Positions 46,196-56,323 of a stretch of DNA of 64,000 bases are shown piece by piece. The notes beneath the pieces are model-generated. The model ran no database searches. It was given only the letters and a program-made list of their open reading frames with translations, and was not told the DNA's origin. How positions within the stretch are numbered: position 1 is the stretch's first letter; each line of letters begins with the position of its first letter. The position numbers and the translations under genes are program-made. The stretch is from Oligoflexus sp. FD111 (GTDB lineage: Bacteria; Bdellovibrionota_B; Oligoflexia; Oligoflexales; Oligoflexaceae): contig JBMDZZ010000028.1 in the NCBI GenBank assembly GCA_048816425.1, positions 24,766 through 88,765 of the forward strand, read 5' to 3'.

Positions 46196-49100
46196 AAAGC
46201 TTAGCCCGTTACTATTTCAACAAAATCGTGAGAGAATACCAAGATTGGCTTCCTACCAATTCTACCCACGGTACACCCGGTAGAGTCATTCTCAGTGAGT
46301 TTGATTCAGATATTGTTAGTGAGATCTTTGATACATTCCATTCTTCTGACCTGAAGATTTCAGAGCCAGGGAGCGAGGATGGCATAATACTCCTTCTAGA
46401 AGATCATGAAATATATGTAGACATCAAAGAAAAAAAATATTCATTCGCCGACTTAACCCGAGAGCGAAATCGGGCCGGCAAGTTTTTTTGTGTCATGTTT
46501 ATAGCTGAAACAAAGCCTACTCACGAACAAGTTGCTAGTATTCATCAAGAAAGTATCTACGAAGAAGGAGAACTTGAAGAATGGGTAAATATATCGCTGT
46601 CCTATCATGCAAAAAGAGATCACTTCCCAATATCTCATACACGAGATATCGCTAAATTTCTAAACGAGTTGACACATAAAAAGTGGAATCATAGACCATC
46701 TATAAAGTTGAAGGAAATTAGCAGTTTCATTGCATCGGTAATTGATGACACTATCCAAGATGGTCTATTCTGGGATGCGCTTGGAAGAAATTTTACTAAA
46801 TTGGGAGGAATAAATCGCCTTGATAATTGTAGGAAGTTAGAAGGTGCAAAGTCTAAGTATAGATCTATTTTTCGAAAAGAGATCTCAAATACTCTCATTC
46901 CCGATCAGAACTTTTGGAGAGCTGTATACAAAGATCGGGAAGTAGAAAAATCAGAAATAGAAGATAACTTAAAAGACATTCTAGAAGAAGACTCAATTGA
47001 TTACTCATGTTTCTGTCAATCAATATCTGCATATTTCGAAAGCTACTTTGCTAACAGACCAGATACAAGTCTCCTTCAGCAGGAGATAAAAGACAAGTTC
47101 GATTCAACCTTTCCCTTCACCTCTGTACTTCATGCAAAAAAAACTAAATCTAAACTTCAGATTGGTGGGGAGACAAAAAAATTCTTATTAGAAAATGATG
47201 TAAATATTTCGGAAAATGATGAACTACTCCTTGAAAGCTTAGACTCCCGAGATAACAAGCCCGATAGGAATGAAATTAGGAGTTTCTACTTCCCTCGGCA
47301 GAGGCTACTTTCTACTGATCCTAAGTTAGATAAAGCATGGAAGAAAGAAGTCAGCTCAAGCAAAGATGTGGAATGTAGTAATTTACTTGATGGTATTCTC
47401 AAAGTATTGTCTAGCTACATACTTTTGACTGATATTGGCAACGATTCAGTATTGTTACGACAAAGAAGGGATAGAAGAAAGTCATCTCTTCAAAAAAAGA
47501 ACGTTGATGCCCTAAATTTCTTTCTTCATGAATATAAAGACCTCGACAAATTCTGGAGTCTTTTTGGTGATAAATTTGAACTCGATATAAAAGTATTTGA
47601 GTATGCTAATGATTTAGCCGATGAAAAACTAAAAGTTAGGAGTGGTAAACAAGCAAATATACTTGAATTTGAAATACTTCTTTATTCCATAGATCCGAAA
47701 TCGCCCTCTCAAGTATGGCACCTAAAATGGATCTTTGATCACAATGGCTTCGAAAGCATCAAACATTATGAATTGAATCATCTAAAATCAAGAAGAGGCT
47801 ACTACCACAAGCATGAATTAGCAATCGATCCTCTGTTTGTAAAACGTGCAGATAAGAACCCAAGTATAAAAAACAAAGAGATGTTTCAGGCGAGCGGGGC
47901 ATCGCGAAAACCTGGTTCAGTGGTCAAGAAAACAGATAAGCCAGATGATCTAATTTCAAAATTCCTTAAAGATCTTCAAAAGCACGGTCGACTATCAGAA
48001 CATGACCTAAATATACTAGAAAATTCTTATGAGAAATTTTATGAAGATTGGAAGCAGGCAATAGATCTGAATTCGACTACACCTATTACATCTGACCTTA
48101 CTTTCTTCAATTCTAGTTTCAATAGCTTTATTGACCTTATTGATAAAAAAACCTTAGAAGCTGAACACAAGAGAGAATTGTTTAAGCATATAAAAGCTGC
48201 CCACACTATTTCAGTAAAAGACACTCCTAATTATCTTTTATATCTTCCCTGGTCGCCCTTTAGTCTGCTAATGACATGGATGAAAAACAAAATTTTTCAT
48301 CAGATCGCAGGTTCTTATAAAAATGGATCGTTTAGAATTGGAAATCTTGATGATGGGGTGTTTCCTGATATTATAACAGAACTGGTGGAAAGCTTCGGCA
48401 ATACTTTTTATATAAATGATCACTCCGCCCCTCTTATATCAACGGCTTCGATCTGTGGCTATTATGAGTTTAGCTCTCTTGCTGATTCTAGAAATTCACT
48501 TTCAATCAAAGAAATAAAAAACGTCATGAATTCGGTGCTTCAAAAATTTTTGGAAGTCTATCCAAATCAGCGAGATCATATCGATATACTATTCGAGGGA
48601 ATAGGTTCATTTGAGCATCTTTTTGCTATCTATGAAGAAGCCTTAAAATTCTCAAGTGAACAAGAAGATCATTTTTCGATTCGAATACTATTCCACAGCA
48701 AGAATAATCGGGAGTTTTTAGATCTTTCATATGAAAGAATTACCGAAACATTCAACTCTCATTTATTAGACACTGATATTAAGATAGTGATAGTTGACAA
48801 CATTGAGTCCATTGAAGAGAACGAACTTGATTTAATTTTTAGCTTTGATCCTTTGTCTGTTGAAAAAAAATTGGCCCAGGACTCTGAAAAATTCTGCCTT
48901 TCGAATGAAAATTATGCGTTTTGGGAATATTGCAATACTAGAAAACTACCCTCAAACAAACTGTCTTTAAAAAGCTCTTTTGCGGTAAATAATCATAGAA
49001 TGGATTCAGTTTCAGCTGTCTTTCACAAGATTTCGATGATAACAGCTGCTAGGGATCGAACTGAGTCTTATTGTTTTGAAGTCTCACAGGACGTCATTAA

Positions 49101-51396
49101 GAATGAATTTTCCAAATCACTAAAAAAGTGCACCTGGCTAATAGTGTACGACTATTTATTGTCAAAAGAAACCTGCGCTGGAACTGCAACCGGGGCCAAT
49201 TCAAATAGAGTTTTACGATACGTTCAGGGAGAGGGCACAAAACGCTCCATGGCGATTGTTACTAGCAAGGACATTGACACCATAAAATCCAAGATATCAA
49301 ATAAGCTTCGGGATTTAAACCTTTCCACTGCCGGCAAAGTATCGAGCCTATGTGAGGAGCTATTTTCTATTTCTAATTCCTTCAGTGGCGATACTTTACT
49401 TAAAACCAGCGGTAATGGAAATTTTTCTCACGACCTTATAGGTAATGTCGGAACTATTCGATTAGTGGAAAGCCTGTTTGAGAATGCAAGAAAAATTGCT
49501 CCAATTTTTTGGGTTCACTTAGATGATTATGTCAATTGGTTTAAGTCATCAACTGAAGACGATTCCTTTAGGTATTTGGGGAAAAAGCGTTCATATATTT
49601 CTGATCTTTTAGGAATATTTTTAGATAGAACTGACGATAAAATAAGTCTCAATCTTATCGTTTGTGAATCCAAGTTGACAAATGGTTCGGATGATCAAAA
49701 GATTAAATCATGCAAGCAACTAGTAGCGACGTGTAGTTTAATCAAAGGTATGTTAGCTAGCTCGAAACTCTTCGATTACAAATATTGGGTAAATAAATTT
49801 TTGGAATTTGTTATTGAGAACTTTGACTTCAATCCTAATTTGCTGTCGTTTCATGATCTTATGAAAGTAAATGCGGAGGATATGGACATTTTTCTATCAG
49901 GAATTTCTTCAATACTGCTGTATGGAGATAATTCAGAAGAAACGAGATTTGAGAAAGTGAAAGAGGAAAACTATTTGCGACAGATTATTGTCTCTACAGA
50001 AGACACTAGAAAGATTTTTGATTCGATAAGTCGTGGTGAACATCCTGTAATTAAAGACCTCTACAACAACTTAGAGCCCATAAAACTAAATAGCTCTTCC
50101 CTATTAGGACATATAGTAGCTTATCCAAAAATCGATAACACTCAGAAAATTCCTGAAAGACCATCTTCTGAAGTTAAAGAAGTAAATGAAACAGACAACT
50201 TAGATAATACAACCGAAGAGGCGCTCCCGGTCTCTCGATGCTTGAGCCTTTTAAATAAAGCGATAAATTTTCTAGACGAAAATACTCTCACTGTTCAAGA
50301 TACAGACCCGGTTAATATCGATAGAGTTCAAGAAGGCATACGAACAATATTCTCTCATCATAACTTACCATCCAAGTTTTTAGAATCGCAAACTACTCCT
50401 AACTCAGTCGTAATAAAAGTAGCCGGAAACATAAAAATATCTGCAAAAAAAGTTCTTTCTATGCGAGATAATTTTGTCTCGGTAGCGAGTTTACATCTTC
50501 GAAAGGTTTATCCAGAACCAGGCTGCATGGTCTTGGTTTTCGATCGCAATACCAGAGAACGAGTCCTCTATGTTTCTCTTTTAAGAGAATCTTTAAAAAA
50601 TCGAAGAACAACCCTCGAATTAGACTTCAACAACAAAATCATTCTTGGTCTAGATGAGTTTAAAAAAAATATCTGTTACTATAGGCTGGATGGCCCAAGC
50701 CCTCATGCTCTAGTCGGAGGACAGACAAAGTCAGGAAAATCGGTTTTGATGAATAATATGATCATGGATCTTATTCTGACTAACGATCCAAAATATCTTA
50801 AACTCAGACTATTTGATCCAAAACAAGTTGAATTTTCGTCCTACAGCGAAGCGCCACATCTCGCACACCCAGTGGTAGTCGATAAGCAAGAAGCTGTTCA
50901 CTGGCTTAAAGATATCGAAGACTTAATGAACGCACGCTACGAAAGCTTCTCTAAACTAAACTTAAAAGACATAGAGTCTTACAATAATAAATACCCAGAG
51001 AATAGGATGTCTCGACACATCGTTTTCTTTGATGAGTTAGCTGACTGGATTTTGGACGATCATTTTAAGGAGAATGCTAAGGATATTATAATTAGAGTTT
51101 CTTCCAAAGGGAGAGCTGCAGGTGTACATCTAGTAATAGCAACTCAAAGGCCAAGCAATGATGTCGTCTTCCCACTTCTAAGGGCGAATTTGGATACTAA
51201 AATTGCATTGAAAGTCGATCGAGATCAAAACTCGGTTATCATTTTAGGGGAATCTGGCGCCGAAGACCTTTTAGGGTATGGGCATGGTATAATTAAAACA
51301 GAGGGTGAAACCCACTATATTCAAGGTGGCTTTACTGAGGCCTCAATTTTTGAGCAGCTTATAGACCTAGCTATTGAATTTTGGAGAAACCAATAA
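46192..51396 (+). CDS. DptH/SspH-like giant protein with a C-terminal FtsK/HerA-type motor ATPase
   Basis: 1734 aa with a TTG start overlapping the upstream stop. C-terminal motifs are Walker A VGGQTKSGKSV, Walker B IVFFDELAD and HLVIATQRPS (the FtsK/SpoIIIE hallmark). Confidence 0.7.
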   Translation: MKSLARYYFNKIVREYQDWLPTNSTHGTPGRVILSEFDSDIVSEIFDTFHSSDLKISEPGSEDGIILLLEDHEIYVDIKEKKYSFADLTRERNRAGKFFCVMFIAETKPTHEQVASIHQESIYEEGELEEWVNISLSYHAKRDHFPISHTRDIAKFLNELTHKKWNHRPSIKLKEISSFIASVIDDTIQDGLFWDALGRNFTKLGGINRLDNCRKLEGAKSKYRSIFRKEISNTLIPDQNFWRAVYKDREVEKSEIEDNLKDILEEDSIDYSCFCQSISAYFESYFANRPDTSLLQQEIKDKFDSTFPFTSVLHAKKTKSKLQIGGETKKFLLENDVNISENDELLLESLDSRDNKPDRNEIRSFYFPRQRLLSTDPKLDKAWKKEVSSSKDVECSNLLDGILKVLSSYILLTDIGNDSVLLRQRRDRRKSSLQKKNVDALNFFLHEYKDLDKFWSLFGDKFELDIKVFEYANDLADEKLKVRSGKQANILEFEILLYSIDPKSPSQVWHLKWIFDHNGFESIKHYELNHLKSRRGYYHKHELAIDPLFVKRADKNPSIKNKEMFQASGASRKPGSVVKKTDKPDDLISKFLKDLQKHGRLSEHDLNILENSYEKFYEDWKQAIDLNSTTPITSDLTFFNSSFNSFIDLIDKKTLEAEHKRELFKHIKAAHTISVKDTPNYLLYLPWSPFSLLMTWMKNKIFHQIAGSYKNGSFRIGNLDDGVFPDIITELVESFGNTFYINDHSAPLISTASICGYYEFSSLADSRNSLSIKEIKNVMNSVLQKFLEVYPNQRDHIDILFEGIGSFEHLFAIYEEALKFSSEQEDHFSIRILFHSKNNREFLDLSYERITETFNSHLLDTDIKIVIVDNIESIEENELDLIFSFDPLSVEKKLAQDSEKFCLSNENYAFWEYCNTRKLPSNKLSLKSSFAVNNHRMDSVSAVFHKISMITAARDRTESYCFEVSQDVIKNEFSKSLKKCTWLIVYDYLLSKETCAGTATGANSNRVLRYVQGEGTKRSMAIVTSKDIDTIKSKISNKLRDLNLSTAGKVSSLCEELFSISNSFSGDTLLKTSGNGNFSHDLIGNVGTIRLVESLFENARKIAPIFWVHLDDYVNWFKSSTEDDSFRYLGKKRSYISDLLGIFLDRTDDKISLNLIVCESKLTNGSDDQKIKSCKQLVATCSLIKGMLASSKLFDYKYWVNKFLEFVIENFDFNPNLLSFHDLMKVNAEDMDIFLSGISSILLYGDNSEETRFEKVKEENYLRQIIVSTEDTRKIFDSISRGEHPVIKDLYNNLEPIKLNSSSLLGHIVAYPKIDNTQKIPERPSSEVKEVNETDNLDNTTEEALPVSRCLSLLNKAINFLDENTLTVQDTDPVNIDRVQEGIRTIFSHHNLPSKFLESQTTPNSVVIKVAGNIKISAKKVLSMRDNFVSVASLHLRKVYPEPGCMVLVFDRNTRERVLYVSLLRESLKNRRTTLELDFNNKIILGLDEFKKNICYYRLDGPSPHALVGGQTKSGKSVLMNNMIMDLILTNDPKYLKLRLFDPKQVEFSSYSEAPHLAHPVVVDKQEAVHWLKDIEDLMNARYESFSKLNLKDIESYNNKYPENRMSRHIVFFDELADWILDDHFKENAKDIIIRVSSKGRAAGVHLVIATQRPSNDVVFPLLRANLDTKIALKVDRDQNSVIILGESGAEDLLGYGHGIIKTEGETHYIQGGFTEASIFEQLIDLAIEFWRNQ

Positions 51397-51586
51397 GAAT
51401 CTCGTGATTTCTAAATTTTCATATCCAAGTTTAAGGTGAAGGGTGTTTGAATGGTTTTGCATTGGTATGCTTCCCTCGAAAAAATTCTCCTAAATCACGT
51501 CGCGACGTATGCCGTCGGTAATTGGCATTAGCTTGGCAAGGTTAACATCTCCGGTAGAAAGGTATATTTGTTAAGATGCAAATAAT

Positions 51587-53620
51587 TTACACTCTAGTAG
51601 TGGTTTCATTCCTCAATGTAAAAAATCTAAATCCCTTAATCTCTAAATCTTTTTCACTTAGTGCCTGGTTTAACTCTTCGAAGTTTTTCGGCTCTCGTCC
51701 TTCCAATATCTTCATTAGCCTCGCGTCAAAATTTCTTTGTTTTTCATATTCTAAGAACGAACTATCCATAAATAAAGACTTGTTATATAGCGCAGTTGGC
51801 TTGAATTGGCCGGAGTAATCAAAAAAACTTATTTCTTGTGTCGCTAGATTGACTTTTACCCTTTCTTTTAAAGCTGGGACTGATTGACTATCAAAACAAT
51901 CGTATTTCAAAAATGTACATTTATGTGAGCCTATATGGACTTTAATTAAGTCAATATTATCGAGATCCCCAAATAGTTTTTCAGCACAGCCTACATATAT
52001 TCTGATCAATAAGGGTAGACGTCCAAGAAATTTTCTGTGAAAAGTATAGGATTTATGTGGCAAAAATAAACCGCTGTTGATTTCTCCTAATGAATCTCTA
52101 CAACACTTATCAATATCATTAACATTTGCAATTTTACTCAATTCTTGCAAACCGCGTTCTTTGGCGCGACTGTAACTTCCAAAAAACTCGCTAACATCCT
52201 TTTGCAGAGAATCAGGTAAATTTTTATATGGCTTATTTTTGCCAAAGTGAGACAATGCAAAATATAGTATTAAATCTTCAATTCTTTCTTCGCGAGCCTT
52301 TTTGAATAGTGAAGTGTCATAATAATTGCTTATAACTTTAAAAATTTTCTTAGGTGGACCAATTAATTCTGATAATCGTTCGATTTTTTGCACTTCTTGG
52401 ATCGCAGGTATTCGTCCAAGATTAAGACAAGTCTTCCAAAATTGATCAACTTGATCTTTGTTTTCATCAATTTTGAGTTTGAGTTGATCCAATTTTTCCT
52501 TAGGAAATGAACTTAAAGTTTCCCACTTGGAATGCCGTCTATTTCTTTTTTCGTAAAATAATTGCTCTTCGTTCTTATCTTTAAAAACAAAGAATATACC
52601 AGGGGATATGGGAATTACTGGATCAGCAAGAATTTCTTCAAGAAAATTCTTAAGTTCCGCTTGGGTATAGTATTTTTGGAAAGTATTTCTTGATGTGATG
52701 ATACCATCTTTGTAAGGAGTATATCTATTGACGAAAGACTCTGTGCCTATCATAGCTGAAATAACTAAAAGTTTATCTGTTAAATGATAGGCTTTTTTTA
52801 TAGCTTCTATTCGTTCTTTTTTTTCTTCAATTACGTTAATGACAAATCCCAAATTTACGATATCAGCAGATCTAATATCGGAATCAGGATTAAAGTGAGG
52901 ATCCCATCCTTCCGCTTTAATACCGAATGCTTTTAGTTCACGTAGGTCATCACCTCTACCACACCCATAGTCAAAAACTGTATACCTTCCATCAAGATAG
53001 CCATGCTTGCCAAGGCACTTAATGGGAGCTGAAAAATCACTGCGTGAGATTGCCGTTTTATATCTATGAATATCAGTATCTAACGAGGACTTTCTGAAAA
53101 GCCGACCATCTAATATTTGGTAGCCTTTACTCTGTATTAAGTGTTCCCAATTTTTTTTGAATCCAATGTTCTTAGTATCCTCATAGAGACCAGCATTTAC
53201 TCCTTCTTGAGTAATTTCTGAGAATTCTAGATAGTAAGGATGGTCATTAGGAACAAAAAGCTCTTTGCGATGAAGGATTGGCGGATTAAAAGACGATTTG
53301 AATGATAACTCCCGCATCTTACCTGATGTGAGATCAACCGTGACGCTTTTTTCAAGAGTTGGATATGCATCTTCAAAAAAACTTGGGTAGTATAGCAGTG
53401 TGATTTTGAATACAAACTTGTGAATTTTTAGAACATTCCAGTTGGGGTCTTTCAATTCAAGTTGCGCCGTCACCTCTTCAAGAAATCGGTTTAAAGAGGC
53501 TGGAATTCTGCACAACGCGTCTTTGTGCAAATATATTGAATCTGGTAAGTGTTTTCCAATTTTGATAGATTTAATCAGATTAGAAAAATTTTCATGTTTT
53601 AAGCTTAAATGAAACATCAT
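51587..53620 (-). CDS. large SAM-dependent methyltransferase-like protein of the 'DNA phosphorothioation-associated putative methyltransferase' type
   Basis: 677 aa. The central class I SAM motif is VFDYGCGRGDDLRELKAFGIKAEGWDP, with long flanking regions. It is convergent with the DptH-like gene. The family name is recalled from NCBIfam/TIGRFAM naming. Confidence 0.55.
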   Translation of the reverse strand: MMFHLSLKHENFSNLIKSIKIGKHLPDSIYLHKDALCRIPASLNRFLEEVTAQLELKDPNWNVLKIHKFVFKITLLYYPSFFEDAYPTLEKSVTVDLTSGKMRELSFKSSFNPPILHRKELFVPNDHPYYLEFSEITQEGVNAGLYEDTKNIGFKKNWEHLIQSKGYQILDGRLFRKSSLDTDIHRYKTAISRSDFSAPIKCLGKHGYLDGRYTVFDYGCGRGDDLRELKAFGIKAEGWDPHFNPDSDIRSADIVNLGFVINVIEEKKERIEAIKKAYHLTDKLLVISAMIGTESFVNRYTPYKDGIITSRNTFQKYYTQAELKNFLEEILADPVIPISPGIFFVFKDKNEEQLFYEKRNRRHSKWETLSSFPKEKLDQLKLKIDENKDQVDQFWKTCLNLGRIPAIQEVQKIERLSELIGPPKKIFKVISNYYDTSLFKKAREERIEDLILYFALSHFGKNKPYKNLPDSLQKDVSEFFGSYSRAKERGLQELSKIANVNDIDKCCRDSLGEINSGLFLPHKSYTFHRKFLGRLPLLIRIYVGCAEKLFGDLDNIDLIKVHIGSHKCTFLKYDCFDSQSVPALKERVKVNLATQEISFFDYSGQFKPTALYNKSLFMDSSFLEYEKQRNFDARLMKILEGREPKNFEELNQALSEKDLEIKGFRFFTLRNETTTRV

Positions 53621-54155
53621 GTTCGCTAATCCTTACGGGATGTAATCTGCCATTTTTTTCTTTGAGCCAGTATATTTCTCGTGAACAGTCTTCACCTAGA
53701 CTAACATGGATAGGACGGTCCTTTCCGTAGTAGTATATGCGATCAAAATGGCAGTTACCTGTAATCCAATCTAAGACAATTCTCATGTCACTGTTAGCTA
53801 CAATGAAATCACAGGCTGCACCGCCCCTTTTACAGATTCTATTTCCATGATTGTTACACTCGTATCCAGCATGTTGATCTCGATCTGGAGCTATACGGGG
53901 GCGCTTATTTTTCTTAATTCTGTTAGCCAAGCTTGACGAGCAAAAACCGTAAGTCAAATGTAGTTCGCCAAATGCCTCCCATACAGGATCTAGAATCGTA
54001 CGGCCTAGATCTTGTATTGCGCTCCAAGTCCTCGGGTCTGATGGCAAATTACTTATCGTTGTCTTCTTCCATGTTTCACTACATTCAAAAAAGTCTCTAA
54101 AAGTAAAATATTTGCAACAGTGCTCATCAGGATCAAAGGGAAATGGAGGTGGCAC
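53592..54155 (-). CDS. peptidase M15/LAS-fold (zinc D-Ala-D-Ala-carboxypeptidase-like) small protein, coupled to the methyltransferase-like gene
   Basis: GTG start with AGGA 9 nt upstream. The pattern FTFRDFFEC ... ILDPVWEAFGELHLTYGF ... DQHAGYE ... GAACDFIV ... DRPIHVSL fits the H...D...H arrangement of M15-like proteins. It overlaps the downstream gene by 29 nt. Confidence 0.4.
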   Translation of the reverse strand: MPPPFPFDPDEHCCKYFTFRDFFECSETWKKTTISNLPSDPRTWSAIQDLGRTILDPVWEAFGELHLTYGFCSSSLANRIKKNKRPRIAPDRDQHAGYECNNHGNRICKRGGAACDFIVANSDMRIVLDWITGNCHFDRIYYYGKDRPIHVSLGEDCSREIYWLKEKNGRLHPVRISEHDVSFKLKT

Positions 54156-54503
54156 TTAGCTATTCCTTTTATATCAATCATCAATCAACAGTCTTTGTAT
54201 TCTGTTTGAACAACTACAAGTCATATCTAGAAAGGTAATTGTGAAATTATCATTATTAAAAAACTGACGATAGAAAGAAAGCTGGACATAAAATGCGTAT
54301 TATTTTAGTGAGGTGTAATTCAGACATGTGTTGAAATGGGGTGGCATTTCGTTAGCTCCTGGTAAAATTCACGATATTATTCATGCCAAAACTAAATCCC
54401 CCTCGTTTTAGTAATCTTATTTTGCAGGCTACCAAGAAATCGTCAAGAATAGTGTTCCCCATTTGATGCAGACCACATTTACTGCTAAATATAGGAGGCA
54501 ATT

Positions 54504-54716
54504 ATGGCAGTGAATGAGGTTTCAAATATGTCAGATGTGAAGCGCTGGACCGGAAAGAAGAAGGCAGAAGCAACACTGGGCAATATTAAGGGCAAGTGCG
54601 CCCTGGTAGACTTTTGTCGGGCCAATGACCTCAAGCAGCCTGAAGTAGAAAAGTGGATAGATGATTGTGTGAAGTTTGGAACGGACGGTCTGAAAACTAA
54701 CCCAAAGGGGCAGTAG
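54504..54716 (+). CDS. IS orfA-like HTH protein (DUF1153-like), probably the 5' part of another IS truncated by IS copy B
   Basis: KRWTGKKKAEATLGNIKGKCALVDFCRANDLKQPEVEKWIDDCVKFGTDGLK resembles transposase orfA/DUF1153 HTH proteins. The RBS is AGGAGG. The ORF ends 24 nt before the IS left end at 54741. Confidence 0.45.
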   Translation: MAVNEVSNMSDVKRWTGKKKAEATLGNIKGKCALVDFCRANDLKQPEVEKWIDDCVKFGTDGLKTNPKGQ

Positions 54717-54740
54717 ATTGAGTATAGAAAGCAGATCAAT

Positions 54741-56179
54741 TGAGGTGCGTAGAACATAATTGGAGAAAATCGACTCTTTAACTAAGCTATTATAATTGTG
54801 AAGGAGATTCGATCGATGCAAAAGTAGAGACCCCCGTCGTTCTATCCCACCCCAGCAAAAAGCCGACATTGCCTGCGATGTCCAGCCCGCTTCATCAATC
54901 CAGCAAGGGCTTGACCAGTTTGGAATTACCAGTAGCTTGTATTACAAATGGTCAAGACTGCTTGAGGTTGGAATGAACGATAGCCTTCGCAACTCAAAAC
55001 CCCTAAAATCTGTCGACTTGAAGCGCCTAGAGGCTGAAAATAGGCAGTTCTCAACCAATCACTGGAATTGACAAGTTTAAAAAAAGATTGAGCTTGGATC
55101 CATGAAGGAGGGCCTCAGAGTGAGCTACGAATATAAAGTTGAAGTAATCGAATTTGTCGAACACCAACAGGAGCTTGGTTAATCGCAGAGCAAGACTTTT
55201 GGAACTCTAGAGATTTCGCCTTCTACTTACTATAGCTGGAATAAGGCTATCCTTAATGCAGAAAAGCCTAAGAAACCAGCCAAGCCACATCATATGAAAT
55301 TGACTCCAGATGAAAAAGAACTCATCATCGCAACAAAAAAGACAATCCAACGATGAGGCATAGGCTGATACAGGGCTTGAACCAAGCTGAAGGCTGCTAT
55401 ATTTCGCCAAGCTCGGTTTTTACCGTCCTAAAGGCCAATGGGTTGGTTGAGCCTTTTGAGCGGCGTGAAGCGCCGTGGAAAGAGCCTAAATATGAAGTGC
55501 GAGCAAGGAACTTGTTGTGGGGAACAGATTGGACGAAGTTCAAGATCAATCACGAAACCTGGCAGCTTTTGACTCTCATTGACTTTTTTTCCAGAAAAGT
55601 CATCGCTTGGGATATTCAGCCTAACATCAGTGCGGGCCATATCAAGGCACTATAGCCAAGCGCTTGCAGCCCGGCAACTAACGAACAAAAAGCAAAAGCC
55701 GAAGCTTCGGGCGGATAAAGGTTCCCCCTAACACTTCTTGGGTCATCAAGGAGTTTATTGCAAACCTTGCAGGCTAGCTATCGCTTGCGCTTGTCAGAGG
55801 TCCTGCCGACAATGCAATAACAGAGCGGTTTTACGGCACCAAAAAGCAAGAAGAGATCTTTGTGGTTGGTAGCTACAATCAGCTAAAACTGAAATAGGAA
55901 ACTATATCGAATTTTATAATGAATATAGGTCACATCAAGTGATATGGAATTTTACGCCCGACTATGTTCATGAGCTGAACAATAAATCGAAAGTATAGGC
56001 CGAGCTAGAGACCATGAAATATGACACCAAACGTCGTCGCCGTGAGTGCTGGTAATTAAAAGAAGTTTACGAATTACAGCAGAAATTCAAGCAAGAGTTG
56101 ACGAAGGCGTCAAGTCAGAATATCACACAAACTTGATCGATTCTCTCCAAGTTCGACTTAAGCACCACATAATATCGTT
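54741..56179 (+). mobile_element. IS3-family insertion sequence, copy B (1439 bp), pseudogenised, same orientation as copy A
   Basis: It has the same termini as copy A (TGAGGTGCGTAGAAC ... GTTCGACTTAAGCACCACA). orfA reads MQK* and carries an internal deletion. The orfB-like frame (REAPWKEPKYEVRARNLLWGTDWTKFKINHETWQLLTLIDFFSRKVIAWDI) is broken by stops. Confidence 0.75.
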
Positions 56180-56323
56180 TAGTATGGATAGGATTTAGAT
56201 TATATATTGAAAATGAGGGAGATTAATGTAAACTGCTGCACTAAGTGAAGTGCTGAAATATAATCTACCAGAATTTGAACTATTACCAAAGTTTCTGTCA
56301 TCTTGATGGATCTAATAAATACT

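Noticed and set aside
54141-54155. A third att-like core (TGGAGGTGGC) matching the first 10 nt of the 22190 repeat.
   Set aside because: The match ends after 10 nt and lies in the GTG-Pro-Pro-Pro start of the M15-like CDS. It is most likely coincidental.
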